NCBI GenBank assembly: GCA_963701965.1
Contig: OY969695.1
Span: 3,456,001-3,520,000 of the forward strand
Direction of reading: 5' to 3'
DNA length: 64,000 nt
DNA from: an uncultured Gemmatimonadales bacterium
GTDB lineage: Bacteria > Gemmatimonadota > Gemmatimonadetes > Gemmatimonadales > Gemmatimonadaceae
Below the pieces are notes generated by a model. That model made no database searches. It had not been told where the DNA came from and saw nothing but the letters and a program-made list of their open reading frames with translations. Below, in pieces: positions 24,950 to 35,062 of this stretch; positions within the stretch are counted from its first letter, which is position 1, and every line of letters starts with the position of its first letter. A program made the position numbers and the translations under genes.

Positions 24950-26398
24950 ATGGCGACAATTCTCTGCGTAGACGACGAACCAGCAGTCTGTGCGGTCCTG
25001 GAGCATGCGTTGGCCAAGATCTCGCATACGCCGCTCATAGCCTCCAGCGTGGAAGAGGCGCTCAAGATCGCGGCCAACGGCGGGGTCGACCTCATCATCT
25101 CCGACTATATCATGCCGGGGTTGAACGGTCTCGATCTGATCCGCCTGCTCGAGCGGGAAGGGCACCCGGTGCCCGTCATCATCATGACCGGATTCTCCAG
25201 CATCGAGAACGCGGTCGCGTCCATCAAGACCGGGGCGATCGACTACCTCACGAAGCCGGTGTTGGCCGACACGCTGGAAGTGGCCGTCAACCAGGCGTTG
25301 GAGATGGTGCGCCTCCGCCGTGAAAACGAGTCGTACCGGACCGAGATTCGGAAGTTGCGGTCCACCAAGCGCTTGGTCGGGGACAGCCCGTCGTTCCGCC
25401 GGACAATGGAAGTCGTATCCATGGTGGCGCCCACGCGGGCGACGGTGTTGCTGCACGGCGAGTCGGGCACGGGCAAAGAGCTGTTCGCGCGCGCGGTGCA
25501 CGACCAAAGCCCCCGGGCCGACGGACCATTCATCACGATCAACTGTGCCGCCATGCCGGAAGGGCTGGTGGAGAGCGCCTTGTTCGGGCACGAGAAAGGC
25601 GCGTTCACGGGAGCGACCGTCCGCACCGCGGGCGCGTTCGAGCGCGCCAACGGCGGCACGCTGCTGCTCGATGAAATCTCGGAGATGCGGCTCGACCTCC
25701 AGTCCAAGCTTCTGCGCGTCATTCAGGAGCAGGAGTTCGAGCGCGTGGGCGGGACCCAGCCGATCAAGGTCGACGTCCGGCTGATCGCGACCACGAACCG
25801 CGATCTCAAAGTGGCCGTGGAAGAGGGGCGGTTTCGGAGCGACCTCTATTACCGCCTGAACGTCATGCCGATTCGCACCACGCCATTGCGCGAGCGGCGC
25901 GAAGACATCCCGCGCCTGGCGCAGCATTTCGTGCAGCGGACCGCGGAGAGCCTCGGGCTCAATGTGCCCACCATCGCGCCGGACGCCATGCGGCTGTTGC
26001 TCACCTATGATTGGCCGGGCAATGTCCGGGAGCTCGGCAACGCCATCGAGCGCGCCATCATATTGTCGCGCAACGGAGCGCTCCACCCCGGGCACTTCAC
26101 CGAACACTTGGAGATGTCACCAGCGATGGTAGCCGTACCCAGCCCCGCCGGTCCATCCCGGATGCCGGTCGGCGTCGCCGCGCCAGTCGCGCCAGCGGCG
26201 CCGGCCGCCCTGCCATTCGATCTCGATAGCATCGAGCGCGAGGCCATCGATCGCGCGCTCACCGCCACGGGCGGCAATCGCACCCGGGCCGCGAAACTGC
26301 TCGGCATCAGCGAACGCACCTTGCGCAATAAACTCAACGGACCGACCCCCGCGATCGGCCGCCGGCACTCCGGCGAGACGGAAGAGACGATCAGTTAG
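24950..26398 (+). CDS. sigma54-dependent REC-AAA+-HTH activator, probable flagellar regulator (FlbD/FleR/FlgR-like)
   Basis: Receiver domain, GESGTGKE, GAFTGA, LLLDEISE, WPGNVREL, Fis-type HTH. Confidence 0.9.
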   Translation: MATILCVDDEPAVCAVLEHALAKISHTPLIASSVEEALKIAANGGVDLIISDYIMPGLNGLDLIRLLEREGHPVPVIIMTGFSSIENAVASIKTGAIDYLTKPVLADTLEVAVNQALEMVRLRRENESYRTEIRKLRSTKRLVGDSPSFRRTMEVVSMVAPTRATVLLHGESGTGKELFARAVHDQSPRADGPFITINCAAMPEGLVESALFGHEKGAFTGATVRTAGAFERANGGTLLLDEISEMRLDLQSKLLRVIQEQEFERVGGTQPIKVDVRLIATTNRDLKVAVEEGRFRSDLYYRLNVMPIRTTPLRERREDIPRLAQHFVQRTAESLGLNVPTIAPDAMRLLLTYDWPGNVRELGNAIERAIILSRNGALHPGHFTEHLEMSPAMVAVPSPAGPSRMPVGVAAPVAPAAPAALPFDLDSIEREAIDRALTATGGNRTRAAKLLGISERTLRNKLNGPTPAIGRRHSGETEETIS

Positions 26399-26400
26399 GC

Positions 26401-26433
26401 CGGCACTTTCTTCCCCTACGTCGCGCGTTGCCG
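26401..26433 (+). promoter_or_regulatory. ftr-like enhancer boxes upstream of flgB
   Basis: CGGCACTTTCTTCCCC 115 bp upstream of the -24 GG, plus an inverted TTGCCG. Confidence 0.4.
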
Positions 26434-26514
26434 GGCGCGCCGCCGCGCGGAGGCGAAGAGATAACCACAAGATATAGAACGAGATAACCGCTCAAAACCA
26501 GGCCATGCCGCGAT

Positions 26515-26530
26515 CGGCATGGCCTTTGCT
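26515..26530 (+). promoter_or_regulatory. sigma54 promoter for the flgB operon
   Basis: CGGCATGGCCTTTGCT (GG-N10-GC) with an AT-rich tract at 26461-26488. Confidence 0.75.
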
Positions 26531-26576
26531 TTTGCCGGCCTCGACTGTTACGCCCATCGAACTCGTGGAGCCAGAC

Positions 26577-26888
26577 ATGATGATCCGCTCGTTGTTCGGT
26601 CCGGACACGACCGCCGCGATGCTCCGCGGCGGGCTCGAGGAGACCAGCGCCACGCAGCGCGGCATCGCCGCCCGGGTCGCCGCGGTCACGACCTCGAGCG
26701 CCAACGGTGATTTCGCTTCCCAGTTGAACGCCAAGACTGGCGCCGGGGCCACGCGCCCCAGTGAGGCCGATCTCCAACAGGAGATGGCCGCGCTCGCCGA
26801 CACGGAGCTGCGCTACGAGACCTGCGCCAAGCTCCTGCAAGGCGAGTACGCCGGAATCAAGAGCGCCATCCAGACGACCAGTGCCTAA
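26577..26888 (+). CDS. flgB: Rod protein FlgB (divergent)
   Basis: GGAG RBS, QRGIAARVA and DLQQEMAALADTELRYE; position before flgC. Confidence 0.75.
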   Translation: MMIRSLFGPDTTAAMLRGGLEETSATQRGIAARVAAVTTSSANGDFASQLNAKTGAGATRPSEADLQQEMAALADTELRYETCAKLLQGEYAGIKSAIQTTSA

Positions 26889-27315
26889 TATCGTCCCCGT
26901 CCCCCGCGCCCATCTGCTGCCGCGACCCATCCGGCAGCTCTTCCGACCGCTGGCCATCAGCGAGGTCGGGATGAGCGCCCAGCAGAATTTCATGGAGACG
27001 ATCTCGGCGAACATCGCGAACGCCGAGACGACGCGCACGGCCGAGGGCGGCCCTTATCACCGGCGTGTCGCCGTCATTCACGGCAGCGCGTCGGGCAACG
27101 GCGTCACCGCGCAGGTGCTCGAGGACAAGTCGGACGGCCGCATGGTCTACGATCCGGGACACCCGGACGCGGACGCCAATGGCTACGTCCGCATGCCGAA
27201 CGTCGACATCCCCACCGAAACGGTTGACCTGATGGTCGCGCGCCGGATGCACGAGGCCAACGCCACGGCCTTCCAGGCCGCCAAGGCCATGCTGCGTCGC
27301 GCCCTGGATATCTGA
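26881..27315 (+). CDS. flgC: Rod protein FlgC
   Basis: ISANIANAETTRT...GGPYHRR, YDPGHPDADANGYVRMPNVD. Confidence 0.93.
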   Translation: MPNIVPVPRAHLLPRPIRQLFRPLAISEVGMSAQQNFMETISANIANAETTRTAEGGPYHRRVAVIHGSASGNGVTAQVLEDKSDGRMVYDPGHPDADANGYVRMPNVDIPTETVDLMVARRMHEANATAFQAAKAMLRRALDI

Positions 27316-27329
27316 GAGGACCATACCCG

Positions 27330-27569
27330 ATGCACGTGTCCGGCCCCAACGGCGCCAACCCCTATCTCAATGTCCTGTCGCCGCAACCGGCGCCGAAGCC
27401 GCAGGCCGCGGCAAAGCCTGATGCCGCGCTCTGGAACGTCTTGACCGATGAAGAGAAGGGCTTCTTCGAACAACTCGCGTCCATGGGACCGCTGACGTAC
27501 GGCGGCCGTGGGGCGCAGCAGCAACCGGCCGAGGCCCCCCTCGGCCAACGCATCGACGTGCGAGGCTAG
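27330..27569 (+). CDS. Small hypothetical protein between flgC and fliE
   Basis: GAGAGGA RBS, LTDEEKGFF helix, C-terminal GQRIDVRG. Confidence 0.65.
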   Translation: MHVSGPNGANPYLNVLSPQPAPKPQAAAKPDAALWNVLTDEEKGFFEQLASMGPLTYGGRGAQQQPAEAPLGQRIDVRG

Positions 27570-27572
27570 CCG

Positions 27573-27875
27573 ATGACGATCCCGATACGTCCTGACGGAC
27601 CGATATCGATCCCAATCGGCGGCCCGCACGGCCCCTTGGAGACGGAGCCGAGCGGTGCATCGTTCGGCGATCTGCTCAAGCACGGACTGGGCGAAGTGTC
27701 CGGCTTGCAGGACGACTCCCAAAACATGATCGCCTCGTTCTTGAGAGGCGACCCGGTCGAGCTGCACCAGGTCGTCGCGTCGGCCGAAGAAGCCGGCATC
27801 GCGGTCGACCTGCTGGTGCAGATGCGCAACAAACTCACCAATGCATATCGCACGGTGATGAACACCCAGATCTGA
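27573..27875 (+). CDS. fliE: FliE
   Basis: SFGDLLK, ELHQVV, VQMRNKLTNAYRTVMN. Confidence 0.9.
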   Translation: MTIPIRPDGPISIPIGGPHGPLETEPSGASFGDLLKHGLGEVSGLQDDSQNMIASFLRGDPVELHQVVASAEEAGIAVDLLVQMRNKLTNAYRTVMNTQI

Positions 27876-27880
27876 CGTAA

Positions 27881-29377
27881 GTGGCTACGCTCGTTCCGGC
27901 GGACCTTCTCGCCCAGACTCGTGCCTTTGGCGCGGCCAACCGCCGATTCGCGGCGCTCGGCCTCATCATCGGCGGCCTCGCCGTCCTGTGGGTCGCCAGC
28001 AAGTGGATGACGGGGCCGACCTACGTGACGCTGTACCACGACATCGAGCTGTCCGCGATGAGCGGCATGACGGAGAGCTTGACCAAGGGCGGCATCGCGT
28101 ACCGCTTGGAGAGCGGCGGCAGCGAGATCCTGGTGCCCGTGCAGGACGTGGCCCGCGCCCGCGTGCTCTTGGCCAAAGACGGCATGCCCATGTCGGGCCG
28201 GCCGGGCATGGAGCTCTTCGACAAGCCGACGTGGGGCATGACCGACTTCACGCAGCGGGTCACCTATCGGCGCGCGCTCGAGGGCGAGCTGTCCCGCACC
28301 ATCGGTTCATTGGAGGGGGTCCAGCGCGCCGAAGTCCACCTGGCGTTGCCGGAGGACAGTCCGCTCCGCCGGCTCAATCGCCCGGCCGAGGCGGCCGTCG
28401 TCGTGAGCCTCAGGCCGGGTGGGATGCTCACGCCCGGAGTCGTCCAGGGCATCTCTTATATAGTCTCGAACAGCGTGGAAGGCCTGCCCGCGCAAAACGT
28501 CGCGGTCATCGACGCCGCCGGCCGCCTCTTGTCGTCACCCGTCGACACCGGGACATCCGGGCTGTCGTCGCGGCAGCTCGACATGCAGCGCGCCACCGAG
28601 AAGGAACTGGGCGACAAGATCAATGGGCTGGTGGCGACGGTACTGGGCCCGGGGCATAGCCGCGTGCAGATCGCGGCCAAGATGGACTTCGACCAGACCG
28701 AGCGCACCACCGAGACGTACGATCCCGACGGGCAGGTGCTCAATACCGAGCAACGCAGCGAAGCCACGGGTGACCAGACCGAGGCGGGTAGCGGCAACCA
28801 GACCGTCATCAGCAACACGTACGCGAACACCAAGAAGGTCGAGCGCACCATCGGCTCGACGGGCACGATCAACAAGCTGACCGTCGCCGTCTTCGTCGAC
28901 GAAAAGGCGCTCGCCAAGAGCGCGGCGACGCCGGCCAAGGCCGACTCGACGCTCAAGAGCTTCAATGCCGCGATCCGGAATGCGATCGGACTCGACACCG
29001 CGCGGGGCGATCGCCTGACCTTGGCGACCATGCCGTTCGAGATCGACCCGCTGGCGATCACGAAACTCCCGGCCGATTCGGCGCCCAAGCGCGACGTGCT
29101 GGTCGTGGTCGAGCGCTTCAGCCGCCCGGTCATCATGCTCATCGGTATCGCGCTCGCGTTCGTGCTGGCGCTCAAGCTGATGGCGGCGGCGCCCGGATCG
29201 CCGGGGTCCGCGCCCGGCGCGCTGGCATCGGGATCCGCCGAGCTGGCCACGCCCGTCGCGCCGATCGTCATGGCTGACGCCACGCACCGGCTCAAGGCTG
29301 GCGTGCGCAACCACATGTCCGAGGAGCCGGCCCAGGCCGCACAGGTCGTCCGGGCCTGGATCGGGGAATCGCGCTGA
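27881..29377 (+). CDS. fliF: MS-ring protein FliF
   Basis: GMELFDK, YRRALEGELSRTI, AEVHLALPE; two TM segments. Confidence 0.93.
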   Translation: MATLVPADLLAQTRAFGAANRRFAALGLIIGGLAVLWVASKWMTGPTYVTLYHDIELSAMSGMTESLTKGGIAYRLESGGSEILVPVQDVARARVLLAKDGMPMSGRPGMELFDKPTWGMTDFTQRVTYRRALEGELSRTIGSLEGVQRAEVHLALPEDSPLRRLNRPAEAAVVVSLRPGGMLTPGVVQGISYIVSNSVEGLPAQNVAVIDAAGRLLSSPVDTGTSGLSSRQLDMQRATEKELGDKINGLVATVLGPGHSRVQIAAKMDFDQTERTTETYDPDGQVLNTEQRSEATGDQTEAGSGNQTVISNTYANTKKVERTIGSTGTINKLTVAVFVDEKALAKSAATPAKADSTLKSFNAAIRNAIGLDTARGDRLTLATMPFEIDPLAITKLPADSAPKRDVLVVVERFSRPVIMLIGIALAFVLALKLMAAAPGSPGSAPGALASGSAELATPVAPIVMADATHRLKAGVRNHMSEEPAQAAQVVRAWIGESR

Positions 29378-30403
29378 TGGCGCTCCAGTTTCCGCGGCAG
29401 GAGGCGGAGCTGACGGGCGTCCAGAAGGCGGCCGTCCTCATGATCGCGGTTGGCAAGGACAAGAGCGCCGCGATCCTCCAGCATCTGACACCCGAGGAAG
29501 TCGAGGCCATCTCGAAAGAGATCGCCGCCCTCCGGACGGTGAAGGCCGACGTCGTCAATGCGGTACTCAACGAGTACCAGGGCGTCGCCCGCGCCGTGCA
29601 GTCGTTCGCGACCGGCGGCCCGGAGGTCGCGCAGGAGATCCTGGAGGCCGCCGTGGGATCGGATCGCGCCAAGGTCATCTTCGTGCGCATTCGCGAGGCG
29701 CTGGTGCCGACCGCGCTTGGCAAGCTCAAAAAGGCGCCGCCGGACATGCTCTTGAGCGTTCTCCGCGGCGAGCACCCGCAAACGTTGGCGCTCATCCTCG
29801 CCCACCTGGACAGCGCGCAAGCGGCCCTCGTCATCGAGCTCATGGAGCCGGTGTTGGCGGGCGAGGTGCTGTACCGAATGGCCTCGATGGACAAAGTCTC
29901 GCCGGACATGCTGGCGCTGGTCGAAGATGGCCTGCGGTCGAAAACCGACCTGACGCTGACGCAGGAGATGACGCTGTCGGGCGGACCCAAGGCGGTCGCC
30001 CAGAATGCTCAACTTCGCGCCGCCGTCGATCGAGCAGGCGTTGATCGCCAGCATCGGCGAGCGCGATGAGGCGCTGGCCACGCAGATCAAAGATCTCATG
30101 TTCGTGTTCGAGGACCTGGTCCTGCTCGACGGGCGGTCGATGCAGCGCGTCCTCCGCGATGTCGACGGCAAGGAGCTGGCGGTGGCGCTCAAAGTCGCCA
30201 GCGAAGCGCTCAAACAGCACATCTACCAGAACATGTCGGAACGCGCCGCGGCGGCGCTCAAGGAGGAGTTGGAGTACCTGGGCGCCGTCAAGGTCAAGGA
30301 TGTCGAGGCGGCGCACATGAACATCGTGCAGCGCGTGCGCGCGCTGCAGGAGACGAACGAGATCACGATCTCGGGACGGGGCGGCGGCAATGTCATCCTT
30401 TAA
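29377..30403 (+). CDS. fliG: C-ring protein FliG with apparent +1 frameshift near 30004
   Basis: LTGVQKAAVL, EHPQTLALIL, GGPKAVAQ, then MLN...MFVFEDL, LAVALK and NMSERAA in the next frame. Confidence 0.9.
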
Positions 30404-30971
30404 ACGGTGGTCGCTGCCGGACTTCGCGGTGGTGCCCGGGGATGCGCCGGTGCTGCCCGCTCCCGTCACAATGGAAGAGGCCTACGCCCGCGGGTACACG
30501 AACGGCTCCAACGACGGGTACAGCGAGGGGATGCGCGACGGCCTGCGCGACGGGGCCGGCGAGGGCGAGCGCCGGTTCGGAACGGCGTGTGAGGCGGTGG
30601 AAGCCGCCGCGCAGGCGTTGCGCGAGGCGCACGCGACGGCCGTGGCCGAGATCGAGGAGACGTTGACGGTGCTGGCCCTGGCCGTGGCCCGTCGCATCAT
30701 CCAGCGCGAAGTCACCGCCGACCCGACGGTCGTGCCGGACTTGGTGCGGCGCGCGGTCGAGACGCTGACGTCGGACACGCCGCCCACGGTCCGCCTCAAT
30801 CCCGACGACCTGGCCACGCTCAGCGACGCCGGGCGCCGCCTGGAAGTCGAGTGGGTGGCCGATCACGAGGTGGAACGCGGGGGGTTCATCATCGAGACGC
30901 CGCACCGGGTGCTCGACGGCCGCCTCGATGGGATGCTGCGCAACTTCTACGAGCATCTCCGCAATGTCTGA
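30390..30971 (+). CDS. fliH: FliH
   Basis: GxxxG repeats, VRLNPDD, GGFIIET...DGRLD. Confidence 0.85.
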   Translation: MSSFKRWSLPDFAVVPGDAPVLPAPVTMEEAYARGYTNGSNDGYSEGMRDGLRDGAGEGERRFGTACEAVEAAAQALREAHATAVAEIEETLTVLALAVARRIIQREVTADPTVVPDLVRRAVETLTSDTPPTVRLNPDDLATLSDAGRRLEVEWVADHEVERGGFIIETPHRVLDGRLDGMLRNFYEHLRNV

Positions 30972-32310
30972 GGCGTTTCGGACGGACGCGCTGCGGCGCA
31001 TCGAGGAGACGCCGCGATTCACGGTCTACGGGCGCGTGACGCGGGTCATCGGCCAGGTGATCGAAAGCTCCTGGCTGCCGGTGGCGCTGGGCGAGATTTG
31101 CCGCATCGAGAGCGCCCACTTGGAGCGGGTGACGGCGCAGGTGGTGGGCTTTCACGAACGGGGCATCCTGCTGGTGCCGCTCCGGGGGCTGGACGGCCTG
31201 CAGGCGGGAGCGACGGTGCGCCCACTGGGCCGCCCGCTCGACTGCATCGTCGGCGACTCGCTCATCGGACGCGTGATCGATGGCCTGGGACGCCCGATCG
31301 ATGGCCTCGGGCCGCTCGGTGGCACCAAACGCAGCTCGCTGCAGGCGCATCCGCCGAACCCGCTGCGCCGCGCGCGCATCGGCTCGCCGCTGCCCACCGG
31401 TGTGCGCGTCCTGGATGGTCTGGTCACGCTCGGCCGGGGCCAGCGCGTGGGTATCATGGCCGGGAGCGGCGTCGGAAAAAGCGTCCTCCTCGGCATGATC
31501 GCGCGCCATACCGCGGCGCAGGTCAACGTGATCGCGCTGCTCGGCGAACGCGGCCGCGAGGTCCGCGAGTTCATCGAACGCGATCTCGGGCCCGAAGGCC
31601 TGGCCCGCTCCGTCGTCGTCGTGGCGACCAGCGACCAGTCGGCGGTGCTGCGGGCCACGGGGGCGTTCGTGGCCACGACGATCGCCGAGTATTTCCGCGA
31701 TCAGGGAAAAGACGTGCTGCTCATGGTCGACTCGATCACCCGCGTCGCCATGGCGTGGCGCGAGACGGGTCTGGCGATCGGCGAGCCGCCCACGACCAAG
31801 GGATATCCGCCGTCGGTGTTCGCGCAGCTGCCGCGCTTGCTGGAACGCGCCGGGACTGGTGAGCGGGGCAGCATCACGGGCCTCTATACCGTGCTCGTCG
31901 AAGGCGACGACTTCAACGAGCCGGTCGCCGATGCGGCGCGGTCGATCCTCGACGGGCACATCGTGTTGAGCCGGCGCCTGGCGGCCGGAAAGCAGTTTCC
32001 CGCCGTGGATGTGCTGGAGAGCGTCAGTCGCGTGCGCGACGGCGTCATCTCGGCCGAGCATCTGGAGGCGGCCAATCTCATTCTGCGCGCCGAAGCGACG
32101 TATCGGGCGCACGAAGATCTCATCGCCGTGGGCGCGTACAAGAGCGGGGCGGATCGACTCGTCGATGCCGCGATCGCGTTACGAGGGGAAATGTTGCAGT
32201 TCCTGGTTCAGCGGCCGGCGGATAGCTGCACGTTCGACGAAGTGCGCGGCCGGCTGGTCGCGCTGGCGCACCGCATCGTGGCCCACCAGGCCGGTCGGGC
32301 GGCGGCATGA
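30964..32310 (+). CDS. fliI: Export ATPase FliI
   Basis: GQRVGIMAGSGVGKS, GERGREV, DSITR, GEPPTTKGYPPS. Confidence 0.95.
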   Translation: MSEAFRTDALRRIEETPRFTVYGRVTRVIGQVIESSWLPVALGEICRIESAHLERVTAQVVGFHERGILLVPLRGLDGLQAGATVRPLGRPLDCIVGDSLIGRVIDGLGRPIDGLGPLGGTKRSSLQAHPPNPLRRARIGSPLPTGVRVLDGLVTLGRGQRVGIMAGSGVGKSVLLGMIARHTAAQVNVIALLGERGREVREFIERDLGPEGLARSVVVVATSDQSAVLRATGAFVATTIAEYFRDQGKDVLLMVDSITRVAMAWRETGLAIGEPPTTKGYPPSVFAQLPRLLERAGTGERGSITGLYTVLVEGDDFNEPVADAARSILDGHIVLSRRLAAGKQFPAVDVLESVSRVRDGVISAEHLEAANLILRAEATYRAHEDLIAVGAYKSGADRLVDAAIALRGEMLQFLVQRPADSCTFDEVRGRLVALAHRIVAHQAGRAAA

Positions 32311-32756
32311 AGCGATTTCAGTTCCGGCTGGAACGGCTGCTCCAAGTCCGCCAGGCCGTCGAATCGGAGCAGGCCCGGCGCCTCGGCGAGGCGCAGTGGG
32401 TCCAGACCGAGTGCGAGCGCGTGGTCGACGAGCGGGCGGCGCGGGTCATCGAGGCGACCCTGCAGCTGGCCACCGAGTCGCCCACCGGGCGGACGGTCGG
32501 CATGTGGTCGAACCTCGCTTTGATCCTCAATGCGGCGCGGGCGGCGCTGGTCGTCGCCGAAAAGGAGTACCGCGATGCCTCGGACGTCGTGGCGACGGAG
32601 CGGGCGCAGTTCGACGAGGCGCGACAGGCGCGCCGGACGATCGAGCGGTTGCGCGAGCAGCGGTATGAGACGTGGCAGATGGATGTGACGCACGAAGAGC
32701 AGCGGACGGTCGACGAGGTCGCGCTCCGGCGCTTTCGCGCGCGAGGCGTGACATGA
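32307..32756 (+). CDS. fliJ: FliJ
   Basis: MKRFQFRLERLL, EEQRTVDE; coiled coil after fliI. Confidence 0.85.
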   Translation: MKRFQFRLERLLQVRQAVESEQARRLGEAQWVQTECERVVDERAARVIEATLQLATESPTGRTVGMWSNLALILNAARAALVVAEKEYRDASDVVATERAQFDEARQARRTIERLREQRYETWQMDVTHEEQRTVDEVALRRFRARGVT

Positions 32757-33505
32757 AGAACGTCATCGTCGCGGTCATCGCTTTCGCGTTGGCGCTGGGG
32801 GGGAGTACGGGGCTCGCGGTCACGCGGCTGCGCAAAGCGGCGGCGGCCGCGGCGGCCGCTGCGGCCGCGGACTCGGCGGCTCGCAAAGCGCGCCCCAAAC
32901 CGATCAATCCGGACTCGGTGGGTCTCGTGCACGACTCGACGGCCAAGTCGGATTCCGCCGCGACGCACGACTCGGCGGGGGCCAAGCACGACACGACGGC
33001 CGTGAAATCCGACTCGGCCGCGTTGGCCAATGCGATGCGGGCCGTGCGGACGCCGGTCGTCCCGGCGAGACCGGCGCCGCGTCCGACCAAGCGCGCGAAA
33101 CGCGCGCCGAAGCCGGCGCCGCCGGCTCCGAAGCCAACGCCCAAGCCGGCCGACTCGGCGGCGGCGCCGGTCGCGCAGAGCGCGCAGCCGGCCAAGGCGA
33201 TACCGACCGCGGGCAAGCCGGGTCCGGCGAAAGCGACGCCGGCCAGTGGCAAGCCGGCGCATGCCGCGCCTCCCATGTCGAAATCCGAGGCGCAGATCGC
33301 CGCGCTCAAGCGCATCGGCAAGGTGCTGGCGAACATGAAGCCGGCCGAGGCGGCGAAAGTGCTGGCCTATCTGAACGACACGCAGGTGGCGGAGATCATC
33401 AGCCAACTCAGTCCACGCACCGCCGGACCGGTCATGGCGGCGCTCCCACAGGAACGGGCGGGCGCCGTGAGCCAACGGCTCTTGCAAGTCAAGGAGGCTC
33501 CCTAA
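32753..33505 (+). CDS. MotE/FlbB-like protein (TM anchor, Ala/Pro/Lys linker, MgtE_N-like C-terminus)
   Basis: N-terminal TM segment; C-terminal ANMKPAEAAKVL...LSPRTAGPVMAAL. Confidence 0.7.
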   Translation: MKNVIVAVIAFALALGGSTGLAVTRLRKAAAAAAAAAAADSAARKARPKPINPDSVGLVHDSTAKSDSAATHDSAGAKHDTTAVKSDSAALANAMRAVRTPVVPARPAPRPTKRAKRAPKPAPPAPKPTPKPADSAAAPVAQSAQPAKAIPTAGKPGPAKATPASGKPAHAAPPMSKSEAQIAALKRIGKVLANMKPAEAAKVLAYLNDTQVAEIISQLSPRTAGPVMAALPQERAGAVSQRLLQVKEAP

Positions 33506-35059
33506 GTGCATCCGATTTCCGCGACGCATCACGCCGCGCCGACGCAGGACCGACAGAATGCGACGCAAGGGTCGTCGGACGGAACGGTAAACCCGTTCGC
33601 GTTCCTCCTGCTCGGCGCGTTGCAGCCGCTCCTGGCGACGCCGCCCCTGGGGCCGGCGACCGGTGCGGCGCCGGGGTCCGACGGTGGCGCGACGCCCCAG
33701 GCGTCGACGACCGCGGACCCCGCGTCGCCGCCGCCTCTGCCAGCCGTCCTGGCATCGTCGCCGTCGGCGCGCACCGGCGTGTCGCTCATCCAACCGCTGC
33801 CGCCGGACGTCAAGGTCATCGAAGCCGTCATCGGCGGTGCGCAGGCCCCGCAGGTGCGGGGGCAGATCCAGGCCGCCGAGAATGCGCTGGCGACGACGCC
33901 TCCGGCGTCGATCGCATCGCACAACGCGGCGACCAATGCCTCGTCAGGCAACGCGGCCTCGGTGCTCGCGGCCATCGCCGGCGAGGCATCCCATGCGCTG
34001 AGCCAATTGTCGACTGGGACACCCGCGCCGTTTGCGACGCAGGCCAATGCCGCGCGGTCGAACACGCCGGCGCCTTCGGCGCCAGGCGCATCGCTGTCAG
34101 GCGCACTGACATCAGGCGCATCGACGTCGGGTACGTTGACATCAGGTGCGTTGACAGCAGGGTTCGGCGCATCGACGGCAGGCGCGTCGATATCAGGTGC
34201 GTCGACATCGGGCGGATCGGCGTCAGCCGCATCCGCGTCAGGCGCATCGTCATCAGGCGCATCGTCGTCTGGGGCATCGTCACACGCGTTGACGGCCGGC
34301 GCGGTACGCGCCGCGCCGTCGTACACGGGATCCGGGTCAGGTGGGGGCTCGGGAGCAGGCACCCGATTTGGTTCAGGTTCGGGGTCGTCGAGCTCCGGCG
34401 CGCCCGGTTCGGGCGCGTCCGGTTACGGCTCGTCAAGTTCGGGCTCCGATTCGGGCACGGGTTCGAGCAGCTCGAGCGCGACGGGGGGCCGCGCCGCGCG
34501 CGGCGCAAAGGGTCCCGTCTCCGCGTCCTCCGTCGCCGCCGAGTCCCACGCGGCGGCGCCGATGCCATTCGCCGCGCCTGGCACACCGGGTTCACCCACG
34601 GTGCCCGCCGCGCCCGATGGCTCGCAGGTCGCCATCGCCGCCCCGGTCGACCTGTCGATGCGGCCGACGACGCCAAGCACGCCGTCGCTGCCCGCGGCGC
34701 CGCTGACGGAGCCGCCACCGCCGGCCCCGCCGCGGACCGATCGGATCACGCTGCAGGTCGCGGACGAATCAGGCCCGGCCCGCATTCAGGTCTCCGTGCG
34801 AGGCACGGAAGTCACCGCCCGCATCGTGACCTCCGATGCCACGAGCAACACGAACCTCGCCAGCTCGGCGAACGAACTGCGCGATGCCCTGGCGCGCCAA
34901 GGCTACGACCAGGTCAAGGTGACGGTGCCACCAACCCCGTTGGCGCTCCGTGACACCCCACGCGAACCCGCCAACCAACACACCTCCACCCCTCAAGGGC
35001 GCGACCAACAGCCGAACGGCCGCCCGCAACAACGCTCCCGCCGCGAGCGGGAAAGGTAG
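33506..35059 (+). CDS. fliK: Hook-length control protein FliK
   Basis: Low-complexity A/S/G/P body, C-terminal RIQVSVRGTEVTARI...ELRDALARQGY; position before flgD. Confidence 0.75.
   Translation: MHPISATHHAAPTQDRQNATQGSSDGTVNPFAFLLLGALQPLLATPPLGPATGAAPGSDGGATPQASTTADPASPPPLPAVLASSPSARTGVSLIQPLPPDVKVIEAVIGGAQAPQVRGQIQAAENALATTPPASIASHNAATNASSGNAASVLAAIAGEASHALSQLSTGTPAPFATQANAARSNTPAPSAPGASLSGALTSGASTSGTLTSGALTAGFGASTAGASISGASTSGGSASAASASGASSSGASSSGASSHALTAGAVRAAPSYTGSGSGGGSGAGTRFGSGSGSSSSGAPGSGASGYGSSSSGSDSGTGSSSSSATGGRAARGAKGPVSASSVAAESHAAAPMPFAAPGTPGSPTVPAAPDGSQVAIAAPVDLSMRPTTPSTPSLPAAPLTEPPPPAPPRTDRITLQVADESGPARIQVSVRGTEVTARIVTSDATSNTNLASSANELRDALARQGYDQVKVTVPPTPLALRDTPREPANQHTSTPQGRDQQPNGRPQQRSRRERER
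34084..34281 (+). repeat. Degenerate 15-bp coding repeat (SGASx/SGALT) in fliK
   Basis: Recurrent tcaggcgcatcgNNN units. Confidence 0.7.
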
Positions 35060-35062
35060 ACC

